Source of the DNA: Lingula anatina
Lineage: Eukaryota; Animalia; Brachiopoda
Direction of reading: 5' to 3'
Length of the DNA: 64,000 nt
Assembly: GCA_051362555.1 (NCBI GenBank)
Contig: CM120647.1
Location: 16,654,651 to 16,718,650 of the forward strand
Below the pieces are notes generated by a model that saw nothing but the letters and a program-made list of their open reading frames with translations, did no database searches and was not told the origin of the DNA. Made by a program: the position numbers and the translations under genes. Shown here one piece after another: positions 12,311 through 22,682 of the stretch (the first letter of the stretch is position 1; every line of letters starts with the position of its first letter).

Positions 12311-13513
12311 GATTTCATATGATACTGATACAAAGTGATATCTAGTCTTTTTATAAAAAAGTTCACAACATTAACTTTGTTCTTTGTGTACAATTATTAC
12401 TCTTCTTGCAATGGATGATAAATCCAATAAAGTTCCAATAAAGCACCTGTATATTATGTTTTTGAAAGTTTAGACCCTTCACATAAAACCCCAAGATTTG
12501 AGGCTTGTCCATGGAATTTTGATCTGCGCAGTCTTAAAACATTATTTTCATGTAAGTCTGCTGCCACTTTGTCAACTTCAATAAATATAAATGCATTAGC
12601 TTCTAAGCGATGAATGCAGGATAGCAGATCATAAAATAAACAATTATTTCATCAAATAATAAGTAACCTGGACAACTGGGTACCCTATAATCCAATATTG
12701 TTGTAACTAAATAATAGCTGAGAATTTACAAAAGTGTTAGGACAGAAATACAAAAAGGAATATTTATTTAAATAAATCTTGGTGACGTCATTGTAACCAT
12801 CACAGAACTCACAGCAAAGGTCATTATGTACCTGTATTTAGTTGACAGCAGTAATTAACAGACATTGTCCTGAACTCATTCTGCTTATCAGCATCTACAA
12901 TGTCTTCTCTGGACGTCATCACTTTTCGCCTTTGGGGGAGATGCACTGCTTTCTTCAAAATGAGCCTTCTCTTTTTGGGTGTTGGTGCTTTTTATTAAAT
13001 TCATCAAATTTTGAGATATATCCCTCGACCACATCATGCAGAGCCTCTAATTGATGCAGCATTTTACTCAGCATCGCCTGGTCCTCCAACAAGTAACACT
13101 GATCGGTCAGAACCTTGAGTACAGCTGCCACTCTGTTCCTAGTGGCTTGAACATTAATTTACTATAGCTAGTACTGCACATGTGCGGTTGAGCTTGCTTA
13201 TCTGTGTTGTCCGAGGAATCAACTTCTGTGTAAGAGTCAGGGCAGACATTTGGTACATACTGGCAATTAGATGATGCCATCCTGACATATGTTCCTTGGT
13301 ATCTAAAAAAATAAAAAATTTGAATGTTTAAAAAAAAAATACTGCTTGTCTGAATAAATATAACTGATTACTTTGTGGGTTAATGGTATGCCCTAAAAGT
13401 TGAGTAAATGTTACCTTTGCATACAGCACATTTAAACAGTAAAGTGGATAATGGAAAGAAGTGACTTGGTTACAATGGAAGAATTTGCAATTAATATATA
13501 GGAGGGAAGATAT

Positions 13514-13747
13514 TATTACCTCCGCCAAGGAGGTTACGTTTTCACCCCTGTTTGTTTGTCTGTCATCAACATAACTCAAAAAATTATGGACCGATTTTGA
13601 TGAAATTTTCAGGAACTGTCAGAAGTGGGCCCAGGAAGAGATGATTAGTTTTTGGTGATGATCCAGATCAATAATCAATCAATAATCAATAATAATCAAA
13701 ACCGCTGCCTTAGCGGGGGTCTGCGCTCTTGGAGTGCTTTTCTAGTT
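13514..13747 (+). mobile_element. Short HINE/DINE-like element (family B)
   Basis: Starts ATTACCTCCGCCAAGGAGGTTACGTTTTCACCCCTGTTTGTTTGTCTGTC and ends ...GCGCTCTTGGAGTGCTTTTCTAGTT. Further copies at 40368 and 56713. Confidence 0.75.
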
Positions 13748-14285
13748 CATAAAGGCAAAGTGTTTATTTAATTTTCATCATTTAATAGTGGGGATTCTCC
13801 TTGATTGCAATCAGCTTAAGTAAACTGAGTGCCGCCTGACATTGAGTAAAATACAGAAGAGGTAGTTATTATATCATAACATGAGGAGACATGTCATTCA
13901 GTTGAGCTGATTGCAATCAGCGAGTCCTCACAGAGTTGGATGTCACTAATGGTGTCTATGGGAATAGGGTCTAAATTAGCAAACATACAACAATCATATA
14001 GAATAACATGATAAATATTGATTACTTTCCCATATCCCTTTTATTAGTAGAACTGTAACATAAATTCATTTTGATATTGGGTTAGGAAATTTTTATACCA
14101 AAATAACCATGTCCATTAAAATTATTTTACTGACCTTGTAGTCAGGAAACCTAACAATGTGATACAAGTAAATTTTGGCATTACAGCCAATTTTTTGGGT
14201 TGTTCGCTTTCTGCATCGTGGCTTTTGATTATTTGAAAAGGCATCCTCCTGTATCCCCTGCAATCTAACACATCTTTGTGTTTTC

Positions 14286-14287
<2 letters not shown>

Positions 14288-14331
<44 letters not shown>
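14288..14331. repeat. (AAT)n microsatellite
   Basis: Pure AAT run. Confidence 0.95.
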
Positions 14332-14332
<1 letters not shown>

Positions 14333-15214
14333 TTTCTTATTTTTCATGGAGCCTTACGTACTACCTCAAAGCGCCTTATAATGGATAATATTTATATTAT
14401 AGTTATAACTAAAATCTTTCAAAATTACTACAATATTTAAATCTAAAACATTCATCGGAAATCATTTAAAATTCACACTACTAAAAATTCAATCTTAATA
14501 AAAATATATAAAAAAATTTAAAAGCAAAAAATATAGACAGGAATATGTCCAAGAATGCTGAAACATGTGCCACTGCTTGTACCAAATGAGATGACAGGTG
14601 TAGAATGGGGAATAACTTTAATTTCCAAATACAAAGACATTTTCTTGGAATTACTTAATATTTTTATTGCATAGTTTAAATACATGCAATTATTGTCAGA
14701 CTATTGTGCCACAGATAATCTTTAAATAGAAGAAAAAAAAACAATATTTATAAATGAAATTGTTCGAGACAGTAATGTAAAAAGACAACTTACATCCCAT
14801 TGCTTATGGCACTCCTTACACCTTCTGTCCTTTGTGGCTCTGTCTATATTTTTCCCCAAGTGACATTGCTTGATCATGCACTTTCCCAATATAGAAAAAA
14901 GGGACACCACTGTTTTCTATCTGGATACCACCACTTGAGGGCAACCAGAATCTTATCTGGTGGGCAGCATTTTTAAACTGTACTTCTTTACCTGAAAATA
15001 TAATGTTTTTACATAATTAAAATAATTATAAAAAAAAAAACTTGTGCCTGGACATTTTCTGATTGCTGAGCATTGTGGATCCCTGTCATTGCTGCTGTTG
15101 CCTTTTGTAATTCAAATAGTGATTTTAAAAAAGTGGATTTTATTTGAGATCATTCATAATATTGTTATCCTGAGCTGATGGCAAAAGTATTTTATAAAAT
15201 GCAACATTTAACAG

Positions 15215-15385
15215 AGGTGAAATGAAGCCATCTTCTGGATCTCCTGGAAGATGGCTAGAATTTTTCAAGTTAACATTGGCAGGTATCCAATTTTTCTGTC
15301 AAAAGACAGTCAAAAATGGGGGATGGATCATCAAACTAAAGATAATTTTGAAGACTAAAAGATAATATCTCTGGATCCGCCACGT
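15215..15385 (-). mobile_element. CAG-ended MITE family C copy (degenerate)
   Basis: GGTATCCAATTTTTTCTGTC...AAAGATAATTTTGAAGACT...AATATCTCTGGATCCGCC matches the reverse complement of the copies at 27031 and 60290. Confidence 0.65.
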
Positions 15386-15558
15386 TTAAAACAAGCATCT
15401 AGTCTGTCAGACAGAGAAAATTTCTTTTAATTTTATCAGAGGCTTCATGTATACAGTACAGATGTGGCCAGTGCAATGATAGTGGACAACCTTTCATATG
15501 CCATCAGCTTATTGTTTTTCTTTGATGCAAGAAGCATTAAACAGTGGATCTGGTATAT

Positions 15559-18500
15559 TAGTCCGGCGGTTAAGTCCAAAATATTTCCAGAATTGTGCAA
15601 AAGGTGATAAAAGCATGAAACTTTCCACGATGAATGACCATTGGGTGTTTGTCAATTTTAGATCGGGGGGCAACTCCAAAATCCACAAGTACCCGGATGA
15701 GCAGCTCTCTTAAATATGCTGACTCAGCATTTTATGTACAATTAGATTTCATCAAAACGAGCACTACCAGCACTAATTATGATATCATAAATAGATTTTT
15801 AAAACGTACGCTCACCGTGCACATTTATCAGAGCAATGATGACGTCATGATGGCGTCACTGGGTGATATTGCACAATATAGTATGACAAATATCGACTTT
15901 CTCCCATAGGAACAATAGTCTAACTTTACAATGTTTCTTTTCCCGTACTTTTTTTTATCACAGAAATACCCCTTTAGGACTTGAAAGGGAAATTAGTTTA
16001 GTTGCTACTTCCTAGACATTGAGGATTTTTCAATATGGCCGTCAATTTTTAGGAAAAATAGAAAAACAACCAGAAGTTGACGGATATACTTTATTCGGGG
16101 CTCTTGTGAATGTGTTCCTGTCGGAAGAACACTGTAGGGTACAAGACTACACCCTAACACGTCACTGATACGGAAAAAGTGGCCGCCAAAACACAGGGAA
16201 GAGAAAATGGTAAAGAAAATCAGGAAAATCAGCATATTTGTGGTATTATCAGTCTAATCAACAGCATATTCTTCTTTGATTTCATCGTGATTTTTCGTTA
16301 GCGATTTTCCTACACTACCATTATCTGCTTGAAAAATATTCAAATTATGTGTGGTGAGGGAGTAAGCCCTCCAAGTAGTTAAGTTGCCACTCCAATTAGT
16401 CCAATAGTTGCACAATGCTGTGTTGTTTTCTGCAATTGTTAGAAAAAAATTGTATTCTTTTGGGTTAGAAAAGTCAACTTAGCTTTGTTTTAGTGGCTTC
16501 TGGGACACTGAGCACTTTTGTAACCCAAAATGGCTGCCAATTTTTACGTAAAAGGACATAAATATTCACAGCAATTTACATCAAACTATATACAGTGTGT
16601 GTATATTCTTCATTTAAAAGTCAATTTGAATGTTTACAAATACAGAGGTAGCGTGTATTAGGATTTTCTTTTACATAATCTGCGAGTCATTTGAATAGAA
16701 ATAGCAAAATGGCCACCAAAACAGTACGGAAAAGGCACGTAAAAAATGGTAAATTATGTTTATTTTCACTGAAAAAGATTTTAAACGAATGAAATCTACA
16801 TATACATTTTATGTCAGTAAAATTATATGCTTGGAAGGCAACGTAATAAAACAAAAAGGAAAGGAGGTATGTTAATCAAGTTTCTTCTTCGATTAAGCAG
16901 TCAGTCATCTCTAATATGTCAGCAGTAACCCCTTTATGTTTGAAAAATAAGGCTAAAGACATTTCCAACTTAGGTTAGATTTTTGATAAGGATTTTTTTC
17001 AGTGAACCGCCCAGCCGCCATTTGAACGGCTGCCTGAAAGCTAAAACCTATCAGACCTTCAAGCATCACTTGACAGCGCTGACAGAGGAAAAGTCGATTT
17101 TCATGTTCGTTCAGTAGGGGCTACGTTTGCGGGAGATTGTCAGCGGTAGATCATTCGCAAGACGCGAAGGCAATTTACATATACGTTCAAGGGATTTTGT
17201 CCGCGGACGATTTGCAGCGGACGATTGTTACCGATCCGACCGAGACACTAAGGCAGTTTTCATACCTTCCACGGGATGTCGTTTTCGATCCGAGCGAGAC
17301 GAGAAAGCAATTTTCATATTCGCGTAAAGGAGTTCGTTAGCGGCATATCATCAACGTGAGATAGCTTCTTTTCCTTCTACCTTTGGTGGGCTAAGAGGGA
17401 AAAACAATAGCAAAAGTCTTTTAAATATTGTAATTCACATGCACAGATTTGAAGCTGTGTGTTTTTTCTTCTTTTGACCACGTGGATGCTATAAATCCTG
17501 GGAATATGCGCCAACATCGTCTATCTTCAAGAAAGCCACACGGAAGGCGTGCAGCAACTGCACTGAGACTGAACGGACTCTGTATGATCAGTTTCAGTCG
17601 ACAAACCGAATTTTCCCTTCATATCCGTAAGCTCATATTAATTAGCGACAAGGCATGGCACAAGCATGTAATGTAAATGTATTTGCCGTAGCCCGTAGCC
17701 ACTTACGATGCCATAAAAATCGCACGGAAAACCGTATATGATTTCATTGTACGGCATATGAAGCAAATGGCATTTAGCAATCCAAACACGATGAAGAGGC
17801 AAATTTAACATCGTCAGCCGAATATCGTTTGCGATCCGAGCGAGACGAGAAGGTAAATTTCATATTCGTTTTAGGGACTTCGCCAGCAGAAAAATCATCA
17901 GCGGGAGATAGTAATGAATCCGAGCAAAACGAGAAGGCAATATGAATAAGGTCAGAGGGAGATTGCCAGCGATTCGAAGGAGACAAGAAGGCAATTTCCA
18001 CATTTGTTCAAGGGCCGCATTAGTGGAAGATCGTCAGCGGGAAAGGAGGTGGTTTGGTTGCGTTCATCAGCAACTGAGTGAAATATACATGTATATAATT
18101 TATGTTAATGTCACATGGCTGAGATGGTGACAACTGACTCCTGAATGGTAATTTTTCATTAAAATCCACGTGCTCTAGCAGTTCAGATTGCCACAAAAAA
18201 GTCCGTAATTGAATTTTTATGTATTTTTATATCATTTTAAATTAATTTTATACCCCCCTTTCTTTGAAAAATATTCTTTCTCTTTTTCATTTACATTTTT
18301 TTTATTTTGAATGTAAAAAAAAAGCTATTAATGATAGGTAAGGATAGTGGCCAATGAAAAATCCAAATGAACAGAAAAATTGAAGGCGTTATAAGTATTA
18401 ATTAGACTTATTATACCAGTAATAGACTGATTATATCTATAATTCATCCTCTGCTGTATGCGTTGGCGGCCATTTTGGTTTATCCATACCAGAAACGCGG

Positions 18501-19087
18501 TAGTACGCAGTCAATTATCCTACTGTGTTTTTCTGGCAGGAAACAGGTTCACAAGAGCCACAAATAAAGTATATCTGTCGACTTTTGGTTGTTTTTCTAT
18601 TTTCCCTCAAAAATTGACGGCCATATTGAAAATGCTCAAAGTCTTGGAAGTAGACACCAAGCTAACTTAACCTTTCTAGCCCTAAAGGATGGTTTTCTGT
18701 AATGAATGTTTACAGGAAAGATCATTGCAGGGTTCGACTATTTAGTATATGGGAGTCAGTATAGATATTCGCATGTATTGTGCAATATCACCCAGTGACG
18801 ACATCATGACGTCATTATAACTGTTATACATGTGCACAGTAAGTGTATATTTCTCACATTTATTCATATTATCATAATTAACGCCGGTAGTGCTCATTTA
18901 AGGGAATTTTGAATGTACGTAAAAATGCTGAATCAGCATATTTTAAGAAAGCCGCTCATCCGGGTACTTGTGAATTTTGGAATTGCCCCCCGATCCAAAA
19001 TTGACAAACACCCAATGGTCATTCATCGTGGAAAGTTTCATGCTTTTATCACTTTTTGCACAATTTTTTGGCTTAGCCGCCTAACTA
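15559..19087. mobile_element. Non-autonomous DNA transposon with ~630-bp imperfect TIRs, Academ-like
   Basis: The left arm TAGTCCGGCGGTTAAGTC...TTGTGCAAAAGGTGATAAAAGCATGAAACTTTCCACGATGAATGACCATTGGGTG... (15559-~16190) is the reverse complement of ~18462-19087 (...GGCTTAGCCGCCTAACTA). Termini are TAG...CTA with a 3-bp TAT duplication (15556-15558 and 19088-19090). No transposase ORF. Confidence 0.8.
17085..18045 (+). repeat. Two clusters of degenerate GC-rich direct repeats inside the Academ-like element
   Basis: Core GATCCGAGCGAGACGAGAAGGCAATTTTCATATTCG with AAGG anchors at 17091, 17167, 17250, 17304 and at 17796, 17850, 17934, 17988. Confidence 0.8.
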
Positions 19088-19433
19088 TATATAGCTCACA
19101 GTCACACCTAAATTCCTCACAATGGGTAATACATACCGTGATAAAGTGAATTGTGTCCTTTGTTGCTCTGGAAAGTTTTCTCTTGCTTTTGTGCTCCAAA
19201 GCCGTTTTCACACAAAATCTTTTTCGCGTCCTCACTCCATGCTGATTTAGTCAGACTATGTAAGCCTGTTTATGAAAGGGAAAACGGACTCAGTACAGGT
19301 GATCGGGTCGGATATGAAATAACATCTTCAGGATGTGGAGGTTTGAAACGCAAGCAACTGTTTCACATGTGCAGTACAGTGGTGATATAAGTGTCACTGG
19401 CATAGTTAATGTTGTAATGCTGAAATAGTAGCT

Positions 19434-19553
19434 ATGCAGCGTGCTAATTCGTCTGTGCAGGCAGCTAAACAGAGATTGAAGCAGTTCCCTGTGGCCTTGA
19501 AAGAATGTAGGACTGAGGTAATTCGATGTGAGAACGTTGCATCTCTCTCTCTC

Positions 19554-19601
<48 letters not shown>

Positions 19602-20383
19602 AGTAGTTACAAAGCCATTGGTTAATTGCAGTGATTTTGAGAAATGTTCTAGAAAATTTGTTTGTATCGTAAATGGTCTAGTTGAAAGGGGTATTTCTTT
19701 CTAAATGTATTTACAAATTCACTTTATCTTTTAAAAATATTAATAACTTTTTTGGGGTGGGGCTTGGGTGGAAAGTCTGTTTGCTTCTTTTGACACGAGA
19801 AATAATTTGGTGACTGTGATAATTATTAATGCAACTTCAAGTCTTGATTTGACACCATTAATTTCAGATGTCAGCATACGGGAAGTGTGTTTCGGAGAAG
19901 GAGGATGTGAAATGTAATGATTGCGCCAAAGAGTTCCAGGCTCTGAAGGAATGTTTTAAGAAAACAGTAAGTTAAAAGTGATTTACAGAGAGATAGCATG
20001 GAAATAAACTATATTTTAAATGTTTTAGCATACTGAAATTTTGTTTTTGTCAAGTATGTACTATGTAGTGGTAGGTATATGAACAGTTAGTAATGCAACT
20101 GCTTACAATTAAGTTGACAGAACAGAATATGCAACTTAAAAAGGTTGCAGATTTCAAGCAGATGATAAAGCTTTTTAATTTCTTCTTTGCACAGCATTTT
20201 TTTTTCATCTTTAATTCAACAGAATAACATTGGAACTAATTACTTCATTCCCACTGTTCTTCAGTAATAATAAATCGTGTCTTTTAAAACCACAACTTGT
20301 TCAACCCTGCCTTCCATTAACTGTGAACATTTCAGTAATATAAGATTTTTTTTCTTCAGATGCAGAAAGCAGGAAAAAGGTAG
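19434..20383 (+). CDS. NDUFAF8: NADH:ubiquinone oxidoreductase complex assembly factor 8 (twin CX9C protein, 68 aa)
   Basis: Exons 19434-19517, 19868-19966 and 20360-20383 with GT-AG introns in phase 0 give MQRANSSVQAAKQRLKQFPVALKECRTEMSAYGKCVSEKEDVKCNDCAKEFQALKECFKKTMQKAGKR*. Two CX9C motifs with AYGKCV and CAKEF. AATAAA at ~20880 and ~20911. Confidence 0.9.
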
Positions 20384-21540
20384 CAGATAATGAGTGGACA
20401 TGACTTAAGATAGAGAGAAACCAATGCTGCAAATTGGGTCTGGAGGTTTCCATGGTAACATTGCCATTTCACAGAAATGACAAAGCACAACAGACTAACA
20501 TATGCCTTGGGTGATTTTAGAAGAAATCTAAGGCATGTCCAGTTATGTTATGTACTCAGACATTTTTACGACAAAAAGGAATTTGGACAGCGGTCATCCG
20601 TCTGATGGAAAACAGCCCTTAAGAACTGTAGAAGTTTTAGTTTTGGGTTTATTTTGCACTTACTTTTGAAACTCTAAGGAGGTTAATATGAGATGTTATA
20701 TGTCTGAGATTGTTTAAGTGTCCAAACAGTTGGTAGATGTGTTTGCTCATCATGAAGGACTTAATTCAAATAATAGGTGACTTGGCAGTCAAGAAATATT
20801 AGATAGATCAGGTATTGTCACAGTTGTAAATGAAGTTTTGCAAGGAATTTCACTTACTTTTTACATTATTTATTTGATAAATAAAACTCATGTAAAATAT
20901 AAAGATTAAAAATAAACAGATTTTGTTGTCATTTCCTTATTTGTTTTTAAAAGGTGTGTTGATTCCAGTTTTCTACTTTTCTCTTAGTTTTCTACAGACA
21001 AGCTCAGATGCTGTATGTTGATACAGAAGAACAAGCTACAAAAAATCTCAAATATTTTAAAATAAATACCAAGACATTTTTATTTCTAAATGAAGGGTAA
21101 GATGTCAAGTTAAACCTGCTTTGTGTACCAGTTCGTCAACAATGACAATACTCAAATATGACAGTTGTCTTTTAATTTTGATTGCACTCTTCATGGGATT
21201 AAAGATTGGAACATGGCAGTCCTTTCTCATGAGATATTAGGTATTATCAACAGTAGCTCCTTTGATTCATGAAATGTTTGGTATTGTGAATAGGGCTGAT
21301 GGCATACTAGTACACTGAACACAAGTACAAAACAAAGCAAATAGTATACTAAAGTAAAATTTTTGTCATTCCAAGCCAACTTTTGCTTCAGCTTATAATT
21401 TTCTTGTGAAAAATTAAACAAGTCACATTATCTTCTATTAATTTATTCTGCTCCACTCTTTGAATAAGTCAACTTTTTTGTTCCAGGTTTTCACAGTCTC
21501 AATATAAATATGCTGCACTATATGAAATGAGGTTCAAATA

Positions 21541-22340
21541 TCATTTAAAGAGTTTAAACTTTTTAAAATAAGTTTGTATCTCTTCTTTATGGTATGGTTT
21601 TGTGGCAATACATGTTGGTATATTTTCTGGCTGTTCTATCCAAAGATGAAAGTCCTTATTGTCTGAGGTCAGTGACTCTGAAACTTTGGTCAAGCTCTCT
21701 TCATCTTTGGCCTAAAAAGACAGAAAGAAAATAAATGAATCTTGCTTGCATTACGTAATTTCAGAACATTTGCTTATACTCAGTACATATCGCAAATGTA
21801 CAAATGGTGTGTTATGCAAGACTTGTGCACAATTATGAATACTAAAATGATTAATAACTAAAAACTAAGTAACAGTTAAATGAAGATATATACTAATTAT
21901 TCAAAGACAAACCTTTTCCTCACTTGGAAATTAGCTAGACTTTTTAAGAGAAACTGTGCGGAAAATAAACTTTTTTCGGTATATTTGTACTTAAACTACG
22001 AGTCCCTGACTACAAAATGTAAGTTTAAGAATAATGATCTAAGTGGATGTCTTGATTCATCTTCTTATTTTATGCTTATAATGGGAAAAATATATCTACT
22101 ACTGAATATTGCAGATACGTTGAAAGAGATCACGAAACAATAAATATTTCCCACCTCCAAAACGACTTTATGCATCCGCGTATAATCTTCAGTATATGAT
22201 TTAACATTAGGATCTTCTCTAAATATGTGCATGACGGCAGTACACGCATGGCACGCTTGAGCAATTAACGCCCCTGTTGGCCACTTCAAGTCGCTTCTAA
22301 TCAGGACATATTGAACAAGAACTGGTGCACTTTTAGACAT
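21541..22340 (-). CDS. PTRHD1: Putative peptidyl-tRNA hydrolase PTRHD1 (PTH2 fold, 118 aa)
   Basis: Exons 22340-22155 and 21711-21541 give MSKSAPVLVQYVLIRSDLKWPTGALIAQACHACTAV...MHKVVLE-AKDEESL...HLWIEQPENIPTCIATKPY...FKKFKLFK*. Hallmark motifs WPxGALIAQACHA and LWIEQPENIPTCIA; GT-AG intron. Confidence 0.93.
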
Positions 22341-22682
22341 GTTGGACCTGCTGCATCGGTTGCTAGCTTTTTCCCGTTTTCCCAAGTTGGTGACGTCACT
22401 GCGCGAGGACAACAAGGTCGATTTAGATTACGGAGGATTCATTTAGAAAGATGAGTTAGGATATCTAAGGTTTTCGATTTAGCGTAGTATATCTCACCTG
22501 TAGCGATAGCTGGCATAGTAAAGAAAGTTTGCATGGGGTAAACTAAAAGAAGAATTCTCACCTGGAAGCTACCATATTGTTTAAGGAGTTAAGTTCCTGG
22601 TCACAGGGCCAAATTCTTCAAAGGAAACATCAAGATAGTTATCAATATTATGCCGACGTCTAGCACTGACTAGCTTATTACA
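22341..22682. promoter_or_regulatory. Probable bidirectional promoter/5'UTR region shared by PTRHD1 and the KIAA0319-like gene
   Basis: Divergent start codons are 342 bp apart. The region is richer in CpG than its flanks and has a perfect CRE palindrome TGACGTCA at 22391-22398. Confidence 0.6.

Larger units (their letters stand above)
12850..15500 (-). pseudogene. Decayed multi-exon CaRF/ALS2CR8-domain gene (MULE-transposase-related DNA-binding domain)
   Basis: Exon ~14991-14792 gives ...IENSGVPF/SILGKCMIKQCHLGKNID... across a frameshift. Exon 14257-14135 gives ...RKRTTQKIGCNAKIYLYHIVRFPDYK with a GT donor, like the ALS2CR8 motif TKKxGCPAxI..FPEY. The exon starting ~13302 is frameshifted and includes RNRVAAVLKVLTDQCYLLEDQAML. 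Family assignment is from recalled motifs. Confidence 0.55.

Noticed and set aside
17085-18045. CRISPR-like repeat-spacer array
   Set aside because: Repeats are degenerate, linkers resemble each other, no cas genes are present and the context is a eukaryotic transposon.
19038-19235. Minus-strand ORF that continues across the empty Academ site (…CDCELYI-PDPLFNASCIKEKQ*)
   Set aside because: Short, stops soon after the junction and shows no recognisable homology.
22341-22415. N-terminal extension of PTRHD1 in the ORF track
   Set aside because: Starts at a non-ATG codon; the ATG at 22340 gives the expected family length.
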